Shown here one piece after another: positions 29,212 through 39,500 of a DNA stretch of 52,606 bases. The stretch comes from an uncultured Gammaproteobacteria bacterium (GTDB lineage Bacteria; Patescibacteriota; Patescibacteriia; Magasanikbacterales; UBA922). The stretch covers positions 1 to 52,606 of the forward strand of contig CAYSPW010000005.1 in the NCBI GenBank assembly GCA_964433095.1. Reading direction: 5' to 3'. How positions within the stretch are numbered: position 1 is the stretch's first letter; every line of letters starts with the position of its first letter. The notes under the pieces were generated by a model. It worked only from the letters and a program-made list of their open reading frames with translations. It made no database searches and was not told the origin of the DNA. A program made the translations under genes and the position numbers.

Positions 29212-30687
29212 ATGCCAACAGCCAAAAAAAAGAGCGGCCGTAAAAAAACCGGCCAAAAAAAACTGACCAAAAGAGCAACCAGAAAGAAAAAAAGCATAAA
29301 AAAATCTGTTAAAACTAAAAAGAAAACCCCAAGCAAAAGAACGCTCAAGAGCAAAGTCGCTCCGGCCAAGGCCAAGTCAGCCAGTGATATCAGAGTGAGC
29401 AGCAAGGCCAAAACACCATCTCTGCTGCGCGGCATGAAGGATTTACTTCCCAAGGACGCCAAATATTGGAAGCGCATGCATCATGAAGCGGAAGATATCA
29501 CCGAGGCATACGGCTATCAAAGAATGGAGACTCCTATTTTGGAGGAAGCCAGTTTGTTTATCCGCTCAATTGGTAAAGGAACCGACGTGGTGGATAAAGA
29601 AATGTATATCTTTGAAGACAGAGACGGCACTAAAATAGCGTTAAGACCGGAAGCGACCGCTTCCATCATGCGCGCGTATATCAGCCACGGATTGCATACC
29701 AAGCCTCAGCCGGTAAAAGTATGGTATTGGGGTCCGATGTTCAGGCATGATCGGCCGCAAGCGGGCAGGTACAGGCAGTTTAGACAGTTCGGATGCGAGA
29801 CTTTGGGTGAGCATGATCCGGTAATTGATGCCGAACTGATTATAGTGGGGTATAATTTTTTGAAGGATTTGGGGATCGATACCATAGTCCATGTCAACAG
29901 CATCGGCACCAATGAAGACCGCCAAAATTATATCATGGAACTGGTCGAATATTTGCGCTCCAAGCGCGGCTATTTATGCGACGATTGCAAAAAAAGGATA
30001 AATAAAAATCCGCTTAGAGTGTTGGATTGCAAAAAAGAACAGTGCCGGCCGGTGATTGGTGAAGCGCCGCAGATTATTGATTGGCTTTCCGATAAATCAA
30101 AAGATTTTTTTATGAAAGTCTTGGAATATCTTGATGAAATGGAAATACCGTATGTTTTGCAGTCAACCTTGGTGCGAGGCCTGGATTATTATACGGACAC
30201 CGTGTTTGAGTTTTACGTGGAAGACGAGGAGCAGAGGTCGCAAAATGCTTTGGGCGGCGGAGGCCGTTACAATGGTCTGGCCGAGCAATTGGGCGGTAAA
30301 GAAACACCGGGCAGCGGCTTCGCGCTTGGTTTGGACAGAGTGCTCTCTGTTTTGAAAAAACAAGAGAAACAGCAAGAAGGAGAAGTTAAACCGGAACAAA
30401 GAGGCATTTTTTTCGCGCAATTGGGTGAACAAGCCAGAGGGCGCGCTTTGTACCTGATTGAGGAATTAAGAAGATCCGGTATACGGGTGCATCATAATTT
30501 GGCCAAGCACGCGCTTAAGGTTCAGTTGGAATTGGCAGACAAGCACAATGTTAAACATACCCTAATTTTAGGCCAAAAAGAAGTACAAGACGGTACCATT
30601 ATAGTGCGGGACATGGATTCGGGCATTCAGGAGATAATAGATCAAAATAAGTTGATAAAGAAGATTGAGGACATTTTTGCCATATAG
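29212..30687 (+). CDS. hisS: Histidine-tRNA ligase with Lys-rich N-terminal extension
   Basis: RGMKDLLP, LRPEATAS, FRHDRPQAGRYRQF, LVRGLDYYT, GGGRYNGL. Confidence 0.98.
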   Translation: MPTAKKKSGRKKTGQKKLTKRATRKKKSIKKSVKTKKKTPSKRTLKSKVAPAKAKSASDIRVSSKAKTPSLLRGMKDLLPKDAKYWKRMHHEAEDITEAYGYQRMETPILEEASLFIRSIGKGTDVVDKEMYIFEDRDGTKIALRPEATASIMRAYISHGLHTKPQPVKVWYWGPMFRHDRPQAGRYRQFRQFGCETLGEHDPVIDAELIIVGYNFLKDLGIDTIVHVNSIGTNEDRQNYIMELVEYLRSKRGYLCDDCKKRINKNPLRVLDCKKEQCRPVIGEAPQIIDWLSDKSKDFFMKVLEYLDEMEIPYVLQSTLVRGLDYYTDTVFEFYVEDEEQRSQNALGGGGRYNGLAEQLGGKETPGSGFALGLDRVLSVLKKQEKQQEGEVKPEQRGIFFAQLGEQARGRALYLIEELRRSGIRVHHNLAKHALKVQLELADKHNVKHTLILGQKEVQDGTIIVRDMDSGIQEIIDQNKLIKKIEDIFAI

Positions 30688-30699
30688 TGGAAAAATAAT

Positions 30700-30728
30700 T
30701 TGACTTTAGCATAAAATTACTATATAAT
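30700..30728 (+). promoter_or_regulatory. Promoter of rpsU
   Basis: TTGACT-17 nt-TATAAT. Confidence 0.75.
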
Positions 30729-30794
30729 TGACCGGATATTTGATGTTATCAATGCGTCAAATATTAAGCATATTCATTTAATAATAATTTTCAC

Positions 30795-30804
30795 GAGGAG
30801 GTGA
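30795..30804 (+). promoter_or_regulatory. Extended Shine-Dalgarno of rpsU
   Basis: GAGGAGGTGA pairs with the 16S tail UCACCUCCUU seen at about 795-804; 5 nt before GTG 30810. Confidence 0.85.
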
Positions 30805-30809
30805 AATTT

Positions 30810-31046
30810 GTGTCAGAAGTAAAACGCAGGAAAGGGGAGTCTTTTGAAGTATTCATGCGCCGCGTTAAAAAACGTTGGATGCAGTCAGGCAAGCTTTTGC
30901 AGGCCAGAAAAATTCAATTCTATACTCCAAAAAAAAGCAAGAACATGCAGCGCAAGTCTACGGTCAAGAGAAATGAGATGATAAGCAAAACCAATTATTT
31001 GCGCAAAATAGGCAAATTGCCTGAAGAAGATAAATATTCAAGATAA
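30810..31046 (+). CDS. rpsU: 30S ribosomal protein S21
   Basis: EVKRRKGESFEVFMRR...ARKIQFYTPKKS; upstream of yqeY; start placed at GTG 30810 because the GTG at 30801 lies inside the SD. Confidence 0.88.
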   Translation: MSEVKRRKGESFEVFMRRVKKRWMQSGKLLQARKIQFYTPKKSKNMQRKSTVKRNEMISKTNYLRKIGKLPEEDKYSR

Positions 31047-31051
31047 TTTTT

Positions 31052-31495
31052 ATGTCCCTAAAAGATCAGTTGCGGCAAGATCTACATACGGCCATGAAAA
31101 AGGGTGAAAAAGAGAAAACTTCCACTTTGAGAATGTTGACCGCCGCCATTTCCAACCGCGAAATTGACAAAAAAGAACAGCTGAACGATCAAGAAGTCGT
31201 GGCGGTTATTTATTCTCAAGTGAAGCAGTTGAAAGACGCGATCAGGGATTTTATTGCCGGCGGCAGGGAAGATCTAACGGAAAGCGCCGAGCAAGAGATC
31301 GAGATTTTGGAAAAATATTTGCCCGAGCAGATGTCGGAAGTTGAAATTGAACGAATAATAGACAAGGTAATTGAGGACTTGGGCGGAGACGATTCGGTCC
31401 AATTGGGCCAAGTAATGGGCCAAGTGATGTCTAAATTGAAAGGCAGAGTCGATGGCGTAAAAGTGCGAGAAATAACTCAGCGGAAATTGTCTTGA
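31052..31495 (+). CDS. yqeY: GatB/YqeY domain protein
   Basis: AMKKG...LRML, GGREDL...EIEILEKYLPEQMS, GQVMGQVM. Confidence 0.93.
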   Translation: MSLKDQLRQDLHTAMKKGEKEKTSTLRMLTAAISNREIDKKEQLNDQEVVAVIYSQVKQLKDAIRDFIAGGREDLTESAEQEIEILEKYLPEQMSEVEIERIIDKVIEDLGGDDSVQLGQVMGQVMSKLKGRVDGVKVREITQRKLS

Positions 31496-31572
31496 TTAAA
31501 AAATGATTCCCCGGGAGCCTGAACTAGACAGAACGGCTCCGAATTTAATTATTGAGTCCTAAAAGGTTTTCC

Positions 31573-33585
31573 ATGCTACCTTACTGGATTCGAAAATGCA
31601 TAAACAGTAAAAAAACTGTCATAACAGCGGTGTTAGTGGTGGTTTTTTTGTTGTTTACTTTTTTCGTTTTCACCGATATTTCTCCGGCATACGCTCAGGC
31701 AGAAGGGGACGCGCTCGGCGTGGAGGCGGTAGAAGAAAGTGGTTTGATTTTAGGCGGAGGCGATATCCGTATAGTTATCGCCCGCATTATCAGGGCGGTA
31801 CTCGGCTTGTTGGGCATAATCGCGTTTGCAATCGTGGCTTACGGTGGCTTTGTTTACATGACCTCCGGAGGAAACGAAGAAAAAATCTCGCGGGCGAAAA
31901 AGATTTTAATTAACGGCGGCATCGGTTTGGCAATAATCTTGTCATCTCTGGCTATTACCCAGTTTGTGTTATCCAGCCTACAAAGAGCCACCGGCGCTTT
32001 TCCGGGCGCGGGTGAAGGAATTTCCAGACCGACTTTTCAGACATTTTCCGGCTCCGGTTCTTTGGGCCGCGTCGTTCAAGACCATTATCCGGACAGAAAC
32101 CAGACCGATGTCAAGCGCAACAGCAAAATTTCGGTTACATTCAGGGAGCCGATTGATCCGGCCAGTATTATCATAGACAGTAATCAAAACGGAGTGTTGG
32201 GAGATTGCCAGCCGGCCGAGGATAGACCGCTTGACTGGGGTACGGACTGTGATCAGATCAATCAGCAGGCGGCGCGAATTTATACATCGGGAGAAGGCGA
32301 GCCGGCATTATTGGCGGCCGCCGCTTTGACCACTTACGAATCGGACGGATCAGCGTACACCTTCGTTTTTAGGCCGCTTGATATATTGGATTCCGAGCTT
32401 TGGTATACTGTTGACTTGACCGCGCGAATACTCAAGCTTGACGGTGAAAGCGCTTTCAGCAACGAGCGATCCGACCATTATTTGTGGGAGTTTCAAACCG
32501 GCGATAGCGCGGATTTCGAGCCGCCGCATGTGGTTCGGGTCTATCCGCGGCCCGATAGAGAGGTGGCCAGAAATACCATCCTGAGGATTGATTTCAGCGA
32601 AGCTATGGACCCAACCGTGGTGCAGGGTCTGACGGAAAATTTTTTCAATATATTAATGGACGTGAACGAGGGCCAGGGCGAGTTGCCCGCCGGACAGTGG
32701 AAGATAAGCAATAATTACCGGACAGTTGAATTTGTATCCTCTGACCAGTGCGGAGTGAACAGTTGCGGCGATGTCATGTATTGTTTACCGGTATATGGAT
32801 GTGATATTGATGATTCCACTTGTTTGAATAATTATTCGGTATTAATCAGGACCGCTCAAACCATTGAACAGGATACTTTTGAAGCCGTGCCTTTTACCGG
32901 CGTGATGGACATGGCCGGAAACGCGCTGGACGGCAATAATGATTCTGTGGTGGATGGCAAGCCAAACGTATCCAACCCGTCCGCCATCAACGAAGCGGAA
33001 TTGATCGCGGACAACTATTGGTGGAGTTTTTCGGTACGTAATGATATTGACCGTTCTATTCCCCACATTGAAAGCGTACTGCCGTCTCCGGAATCAGAGA
33101 ATGTACCGGCTAATGCGCCGGTAATCGTCAGTTTTAACAAAGAAATGTGGTCAAGTAGCTTTGTTGGTGTCCTACTGGAAGAATATCCGGCCAATTACTG
33201 TCTGCCCGATGAACCGGAAAATTGCCTGGATGATATTTGGTTTGCCACCTATTCCGAGATCACCGCGGATGGAAAGACAGATCTATATATAACGCATCGC
33301 GAATTCGGCGCCAATAATCTTGATCTGTTTTACTTTCCCACCGTCCCAAGCACGGTAAAATCGCTCAATCAGCAATGCGTTTATCCGGGCCGCGGACCGG
33401 CCGGGACAGCCGCTTGTGAGGTGGTAGAAGATGATTTGGGCGTTATTATCAGTACCAACAACTGCGTACCGGTGAGCTTTGATGAGGAGACGGACACCGC
33501 TTGTGCTCAATCACTTGATCCGGATGCCGCCGTAGTATCCAGTAATGAACAGTGTTTAGAGTTTTATCGATCCCTGGTACCTTAA
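31573..33585 (+). CDS. VirB2/TrbC-like pilin-domain protein with C-terminal Ig-like (Big_5-type) domains
   Basis: Signal ending AYA, pilin hairpin YGGFVYMTSGGNEEKISRAKKILINGGIGLAII, three P..N..I.v.F.E.(M/I)D-type repeats; exact start uncertain (TTG 31552 or ATG 31573). Confidence 0.8.
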   Translation: MLPYWIRKCINSKKTVITAVLVVVFLLFTFFVFTDISPAYAQAEGDALGVEAVEESGLILGGGDIRIVIARIIRAVLGLLGIIAFAIVAYGGFVYMTSGGNEEKISRAKKILINGGIGLAIILSSLAITQFVLSSLQRATGAFPGAGEGISRPTFQTFSGSGSLGRVVQDHYPDRNQTDVKRNSKISVTFREPIDPASIIIDSNQNGVLGDCQPAEDRPLDWGTDCDQINQQAARIYTSGEGEPALLAAAALTTYESDGSAYTFVFRPLDILDSELWYTVDLTARILKLDGESAFSNERSDHYLWEFQTGDSADFEPPHVVRVYPRPDREVARNTILRIDFSEAMDPTVVQGLTENFFNILMDVNEGQGELPAGQWKISNNYRTVEFVSSDQCGVNSCGDVMYCLPVYGCDIDDSTCLNNYSVLIRTAQTIEQDTFEAVPFTGVMDMAGNALDGNNDSVVDGKPNVSNPSAINEAELIADNYWWSFSVRNDIDRSIPHIESVLPSPESENVPANAPVIVSFNKEMWSSSFVGVLLEEYPANYCLPDEPENCLDDIWFATYSEITADGKTDLYITHREFGANNLDLFYFPTVPSTVKSLNQQCVYPGRGPAGTAACEVVEDDLGVIISTNNCVPVSFDEETDTACAQSLDPDAAVVSSNEQCLEFYRSLVP

Positions 33586-33594
33586 TATTTGCAG

Positions 33595-36500
33595 ATGAAA
33601 AAGATTTGGAAAAAAATATTATTGTTGACAATTTTTGCCGCCATCATAACCGGTGGAGTTTTCATTTTTGCCGATTTGACGCGCGCTCAACAAGCGGACG
33701 TACTGGGCGTGGAACAAGTGGAAGAAAGCATTGCTTTGGGTTCGGAAGATATTCGGGTAATAATTGCCCGCATTATTCGCGCGGTGCTGGGATTACTGGG
33801 AATAATAGCGTTGGTAATCGTGATTTACGGCGGATTTGTGTATATGACGTCTGGTGGAAATGATGAGCGTATAGCCACGGCAAAAAAGATATTAATTAAC
33901 GGGGGTATCGGCTTGGCCATTATTTTATCCGCCTTCGCCATTACCCAGTTTGTGCTTAATCAGCTCGGGGAAGCAACCGGCATTCTCCCGGGGACGGATC
34001 GGGTCATTGATGAAAATTGTTCAGATCCCACATATTACAATCAACACCCAATTCTATGCGGAGGCAGTGATTTTCCCACCTGCGAAGACCGGTATTTCGT
34101 GGTAAAAAGCATCACTCCAAATACCGGTGATACCGGCATGAACAATTTGGCGGTCCGAGTGATATTTTCTCGTGATATAAACAGTGGGTTTAACATCACC
34201 GACGTAATGAATATATTTGATGGCAATTCAGAATTAATACCGCTTTCAGTCAGCTTTGTTGATGACAACAGATCCATAGTGGAGGCCGTTTATTCTCGCG
34301 ATCAGTTTTGCAACGGCGATCAAACTTGTTTTGACCAAGGATCATATCGAGTGGAAGTAAATCCGGACGTCAGCGATCAGGAAGAAAATTATTTGGAAAC
34401 CGAAACCAGCTGCGGCAGCTATCCGCGTACCGCCGTATTTGGAGTTAACAGCGACAACGTGATTGATAATCGGGCGCCGCGGTTTAATGAATTTACCATC
34501 AACAACGACGCCGGTGGCGGGCCGGTGGTTTTAAGGCGTGGCGGCGCTTATCCGATTGAGTTTACCGTTACCGATGAATCAGGTATCGGTTACGCTCGTC
34601 TGCGGGTTTATCGAGAAAATTCCAGTCCGGATTCCGGTGTCAGCGTTTACGACGGACCGCGGCTGTCGGCCGATTCCAAAGATCCGTATTCATTTGAATA
34701 TTCGTACGGTATTTCCGATGCTGCCGAGCCGCTTGATCGATATATCGTGGAAGCGCAAGTGCACGATTCCGACCATAATATGATTGAAACTTTGGGCTCT
34801 TTTGTTATTGTGGGGGAGAATTGCGACGCTTCCGGTCGTCCCGTATCGCAGCAGTATGCTGATGAATGCTTGGGTCAAGGTGGAGATAGTTGCGAGCAGG
34901 ATTCTGACTGCGCTTCCGGAGTTTGCGATTTGCAGACCAACCAATGCGTTGACGTGCCGGTTATTATTGAAGTGGATCCATGGCAGGGAGCGGCTGGAAA
35001 TTTTGTCACCATTATGGGCGGCAATTTCGGTACCGTACCCGGCACGATTGAATTCAGCAATGAGGGCGGCTGGGTTCAGGCGGATTTGGCCGATTGCGGC
35101 GATTTGAGCGTTTGGAACGATAAATGGATAGTGGCGCGCGTTCCCGATGATCAACAACTGCCGATTGGCACTGAAAGCGTTATTCGTCTGCGGATACCCC
35201 AAAGCGAGGGCATTTTTGTGGAAACCACAACCGATGACAACGGGCCGATTGCCGGTCCCAACCAGGGATTGTTTGTGAAAAACGACGTGGTTCGCCCCTC
35301 TCTTTGTTCGGTAATAACAAAAGGGGAACAAATAGAAGATTCTTTTAATTTCGCCCTTCCCGGCACTGAAGTGCTGGCGCTCGGTTTCGGTTTTGGGCCG
35401 GAACAAGAACAAAGCAGGATTGAATTCGGAGGCGTTGTGGCGCCGGTTTCAAACTGGAGCGGCGAGCTGATTGAAACCGGAGTGCCGCAAAATTTAAGCG
35501 CCGGAGTATTGGCGGTCAAAGTGATTATGGATGGGGTGGAAAGCAACGGCGTGCCGTTTACGGTTTTAGCATATGATGAAGAAAATATTCCGGTAATAGA
35601 ATCAATTGATCCGGTGAATATTACTCCGGGCAGTTTTTTAACTATTTATGGTAGAAATCTGGGCCAAAATCCGGGTACGGTTCATTTGTCGTCCGAACCG
35701 GGAGTTGATTGCGATAACAGTATTTGTATGCCGGTTCCTTTCAGTCTGCCGTCCATTTGCGGTGATACTTGGCAGGATAATCAGATTATAGTACAAATTA
35801 CCGATGATACTCCGCCCGGAACATATTATGTGTCTGTCCATGCCAATGATATGCTGGCCAGAAGCGAAGGCGTGGAGGCATTGAACGTGCAAGCCGGAAA
35901 ACCGAGTCCGAGCATTTGTAGATTAAGTCCCGGTCGCGGTCCGGCGCCACTGCCGGCCGGTTCAAACGGATTGGAAATAGCCGGCATTAACTTTGGTAAT
36001 GATCCAACAGTATATTTTTGGTGGAAAGACGCCGACTTGGCAGATGTGGTCGGTACTTGGCTATCAACGCAAATTCCCGGCAATTGGATACTTTCCGCCG
36101 GTGAAAATTTAATCAGGACATTAATTCCGGAAACGGCAGACAATTATTCAATGCGGACCGGACCAATCAAAGTGGGTCGTGATGAAGGTGTAGTGCTTTT
36201 GAGCAATAGCGTTTTTTATACGGTGGAAGATTGCCGGGAAAATCCGGATTCACCGATAGCGGATACTCATAAATGTTGTACCAGCGGTGAAGATGCCGGA
36301 CTGTGGCGGCCCTTCGGAACCGCTTGCAAAGGTGAAGTGAGAACAGCAGGATATAACTGGCGGTTCACCACCGGATTCATGCCCATGGTGCCGCAGGTGG
36401 TGGAAACTTGCGACCAAGACAACTGGAACAACGTACAAATGCAGCTGGAGTTCCCATCGCCCACTCCTTGGGAAAGATGGCGGCGTGGTCGCCAGGCTTG

Positions 36501-39500
36501 TTTGAACAGCGATATCGCGGTCAGATTTACCATGTCCATGGATGAAGTATCTTTTGATAATAACATTAGGCTGTTTAGCTGCGGCAGTGAGGAAGAAAAG
36601 GACTGTGAAAATGCGGTGGAAATTACTGATTTCAATCTGATTTTTGAAGAGCAGATTATCCGCGTGCGCCCGGCAACCATTCTGGATCAAAACACCTGGT
36701 ACCGGGTACAGCTTTTGGAAGGAATTCGTTCGGCGCCGCAGACCAGTGTTTTGGGTGTTTCCGAAGCGCCGGCGCAAAATTTACTTTCCACCGAGCCGTG
36801 TGGACCCGGCACTGCGTATTGTTTTGATTTTCGCACCGGCTCTGAACAGTGCACCATCACCGCCGCCGGCATCAATCCTCCCTTTTACCGCGCCCTAATG
36901 TTGGGCGAGCTCCCTTTTTATTACTACCTTTGGGGACGGGGCAATCAAGAATGCTCGGTAATGCCTGTGGACGGACTGGGCTGGAAATGGGCCAGCTCAA
37001 AAGCGGCGGCCAGCGTGGAACCGAAGCCGGACGATAATCACACCGATACCCGCGCCAAAGGGCGGACTTATTCGCATACCGCGCCCGAGGCGGTGGACAT
37101 CACGGCCATGGCCAATGTCAGCACGGTCACCGGCGGCGGAGTGGAGATAACCGATGAAATCAGAGCCAGCTCCACTTTGATTATTGATCTGGAAGATCCG
37201 CAGGTTGAAAATTTTTGGCCGAATTGCGCCGAAGCGTGCATAAATACCGGCATCGGAGCCGGCTTCAATCGCCACATGAATACGGACAGTTTTCAAAACA
37301 ATATTTATTTACAAAAATGTCAAGACGAACTTTGCACTGCGTTTGAGGACAGAATAGTGTTTTTGGAGGTGCCGCCGGATAGTCAAAATTATTTTGAACT
37401 TCACGCATATTTGCCGGCCGCGGAATTACTGGAAGCCGGCAGCTGGTACAAGGTAACGGTGCGCGGCGGTGCCGGCGGAGTAATTTCACTCGGACAGCTG
37501 GAGCCGGTTGAACTTGACGGCAAAACAATGGAACAAGATTTTTCCTGGAAGTTCAGGACCAAAAGCGAGGATTTGTACTGCCAAATAGACCGAGTCGGGC
37601 TGTATCCGGATCCTTTTACCGCGCGCATGATCGGAGAAAAAACCAAATACTCGGCTATTGCTTACGGTTCGCCCGATGAATGTAGCCCTTTCGGACAAGA
37701 ACTGAACCCTTGGAATTTCGGTTGGCAGTGGGATACGACTGATAATGTGGTGGCCACGGTTTCAAACTTTGCCTTACTGGGTAATTTGAACACATTTTGT
37801 ACGCTTAGCTGCCTGCCGGCCGGATCCGATGTGTTAAGGGGGTCAGGAGAAGAATTTAATTTTTTGTGTGGCAACGGTCGGATTGATCCGGGTGAAGATT
37901 GCGATGTGGGCATGGTTAGTGAAACGGTCGGAATATCGTGCAGTTTGCAATGTTTAAGACCGGGAAGCGAGGGTGAAAATTGCGGCGATGGAGATTTGGA
38001 TGTGGATTTGGGCGAAGAGTGCGATCCGGCTTTAGACAGTTATTGTTCGGATACTTGCTTATGGACAGGTAGTCCCTCCAGCCAGCCAGAGGGCGAGCTG
38101 GATACGCCGTGGTGTGGCAGCGGCTCGGTAACAATCGGCGAAGACTGTGACTTGGCTATTGACTATAGCGAGGCGATAGCCGAGGGTGATCCGTCTTTAA
38201 CCGGGCAATACGGCTGTTCCAATTCATGTCTACACACCGGCACTCCTTTGGCTCAATCTTGGTGCACGGGTTCCGGCTTTGAAAACACTCAAGAATGCAG
38301 ACGAGCGGTAAGCGTATGCGGAAACGGCATATTGGAACAAGGAGAGGAATGCGAAATCGGCATAGCCGGAGCAACTGAAGAAGTTTGTTCCGCTTTCTGC
38401 CTACTGCAAAACGCGTGCGGCACCGATTTTGCTCAGTGTCAGGTTGGAAGCCAAGGTTGTAGCGATGATTGTACCTTGGCCGGTTCTTCCATTAAATATG
38501 ATAATTCGTCATTATGCGGCGACGGTGTTTTGGGGACAGGTGAGAGTCCTGATTGTGAGTTGCCGGCAGCCGATCCGCAATCACAGCTGGGCGCCAATCC
38601 GGTGCAAGCGGTGACAGCCGTCGGTGCAGGAGAGGTTAATCAAGATACTTTGGCGCAATTTACCAAAGTGCGGGCCGAGGCGCGGTCGGTAAGAGGTAAT
38701 ACGCAAGTCAATAATTTAAGTTCTCCGGTTGCCGGCGATGCCGACTATTTTTTGCAATGCGGCTACAGCGAATTTGAGCAAGAAAGAGATGGTAGATACA
38801 ACGATTGCGCCGCCAATGCTGACAACAGCTCGGGTGTCGGTATTAATTCTTGCTGCTATCAACGGCCGACAAGAGAGAGTGAATATCCGGTTTCCGGAGT
38901 CAATTCCGTATGCCGCAATTCCTTTATTTCCGTTACTTTTGACAAAGAAATGGATCCGGATACTTTAGCCGGAAATTTGGTTATCGCGCGCGGTTCCGAA
39001 GAAGCTGATTTTGACTGCCAGGGCATTGGAGAAAAAGATGTCACCGATTTGGTCAAGCGGTCTCTGGCCTACGCCGGAGAGGAACAAGGTTTTTTTGCCG
39101 CAATCTGGAGTAGAATAAAAAATTTCTTCCGAAATATTTTTGGTCGTGAAGCCATTGCCGCGGTGGAAACTTGGTGCAGTGGCTCCATCAGCGTCAGGCC
39201 GGAAGTGGTAAACACCTATTCTGCCGATGGACAAGTGGTTAGCAGTACTGTCAATGTATATATCAGCAAACTGCTTGAAGCAAGTACGACTTACGCGGTG
39301 GTATTGCGCGGGGGGGTTGAAGGTATGGCAGACGTGCGTGGAGTGGGAATTAAGCATGCGGAGAATACTTGGCGTCAAGATGCCTGGCAGTTCAAGACCG
39401 GCTCAGAAGTTTGTAAATTGAAATCAATTCAGGCGGTACCCGATTATCAATTGTTCAGCGCGCCGCTGCGGCAGGCTAATTTTACGGCTGAAGCATTGAG

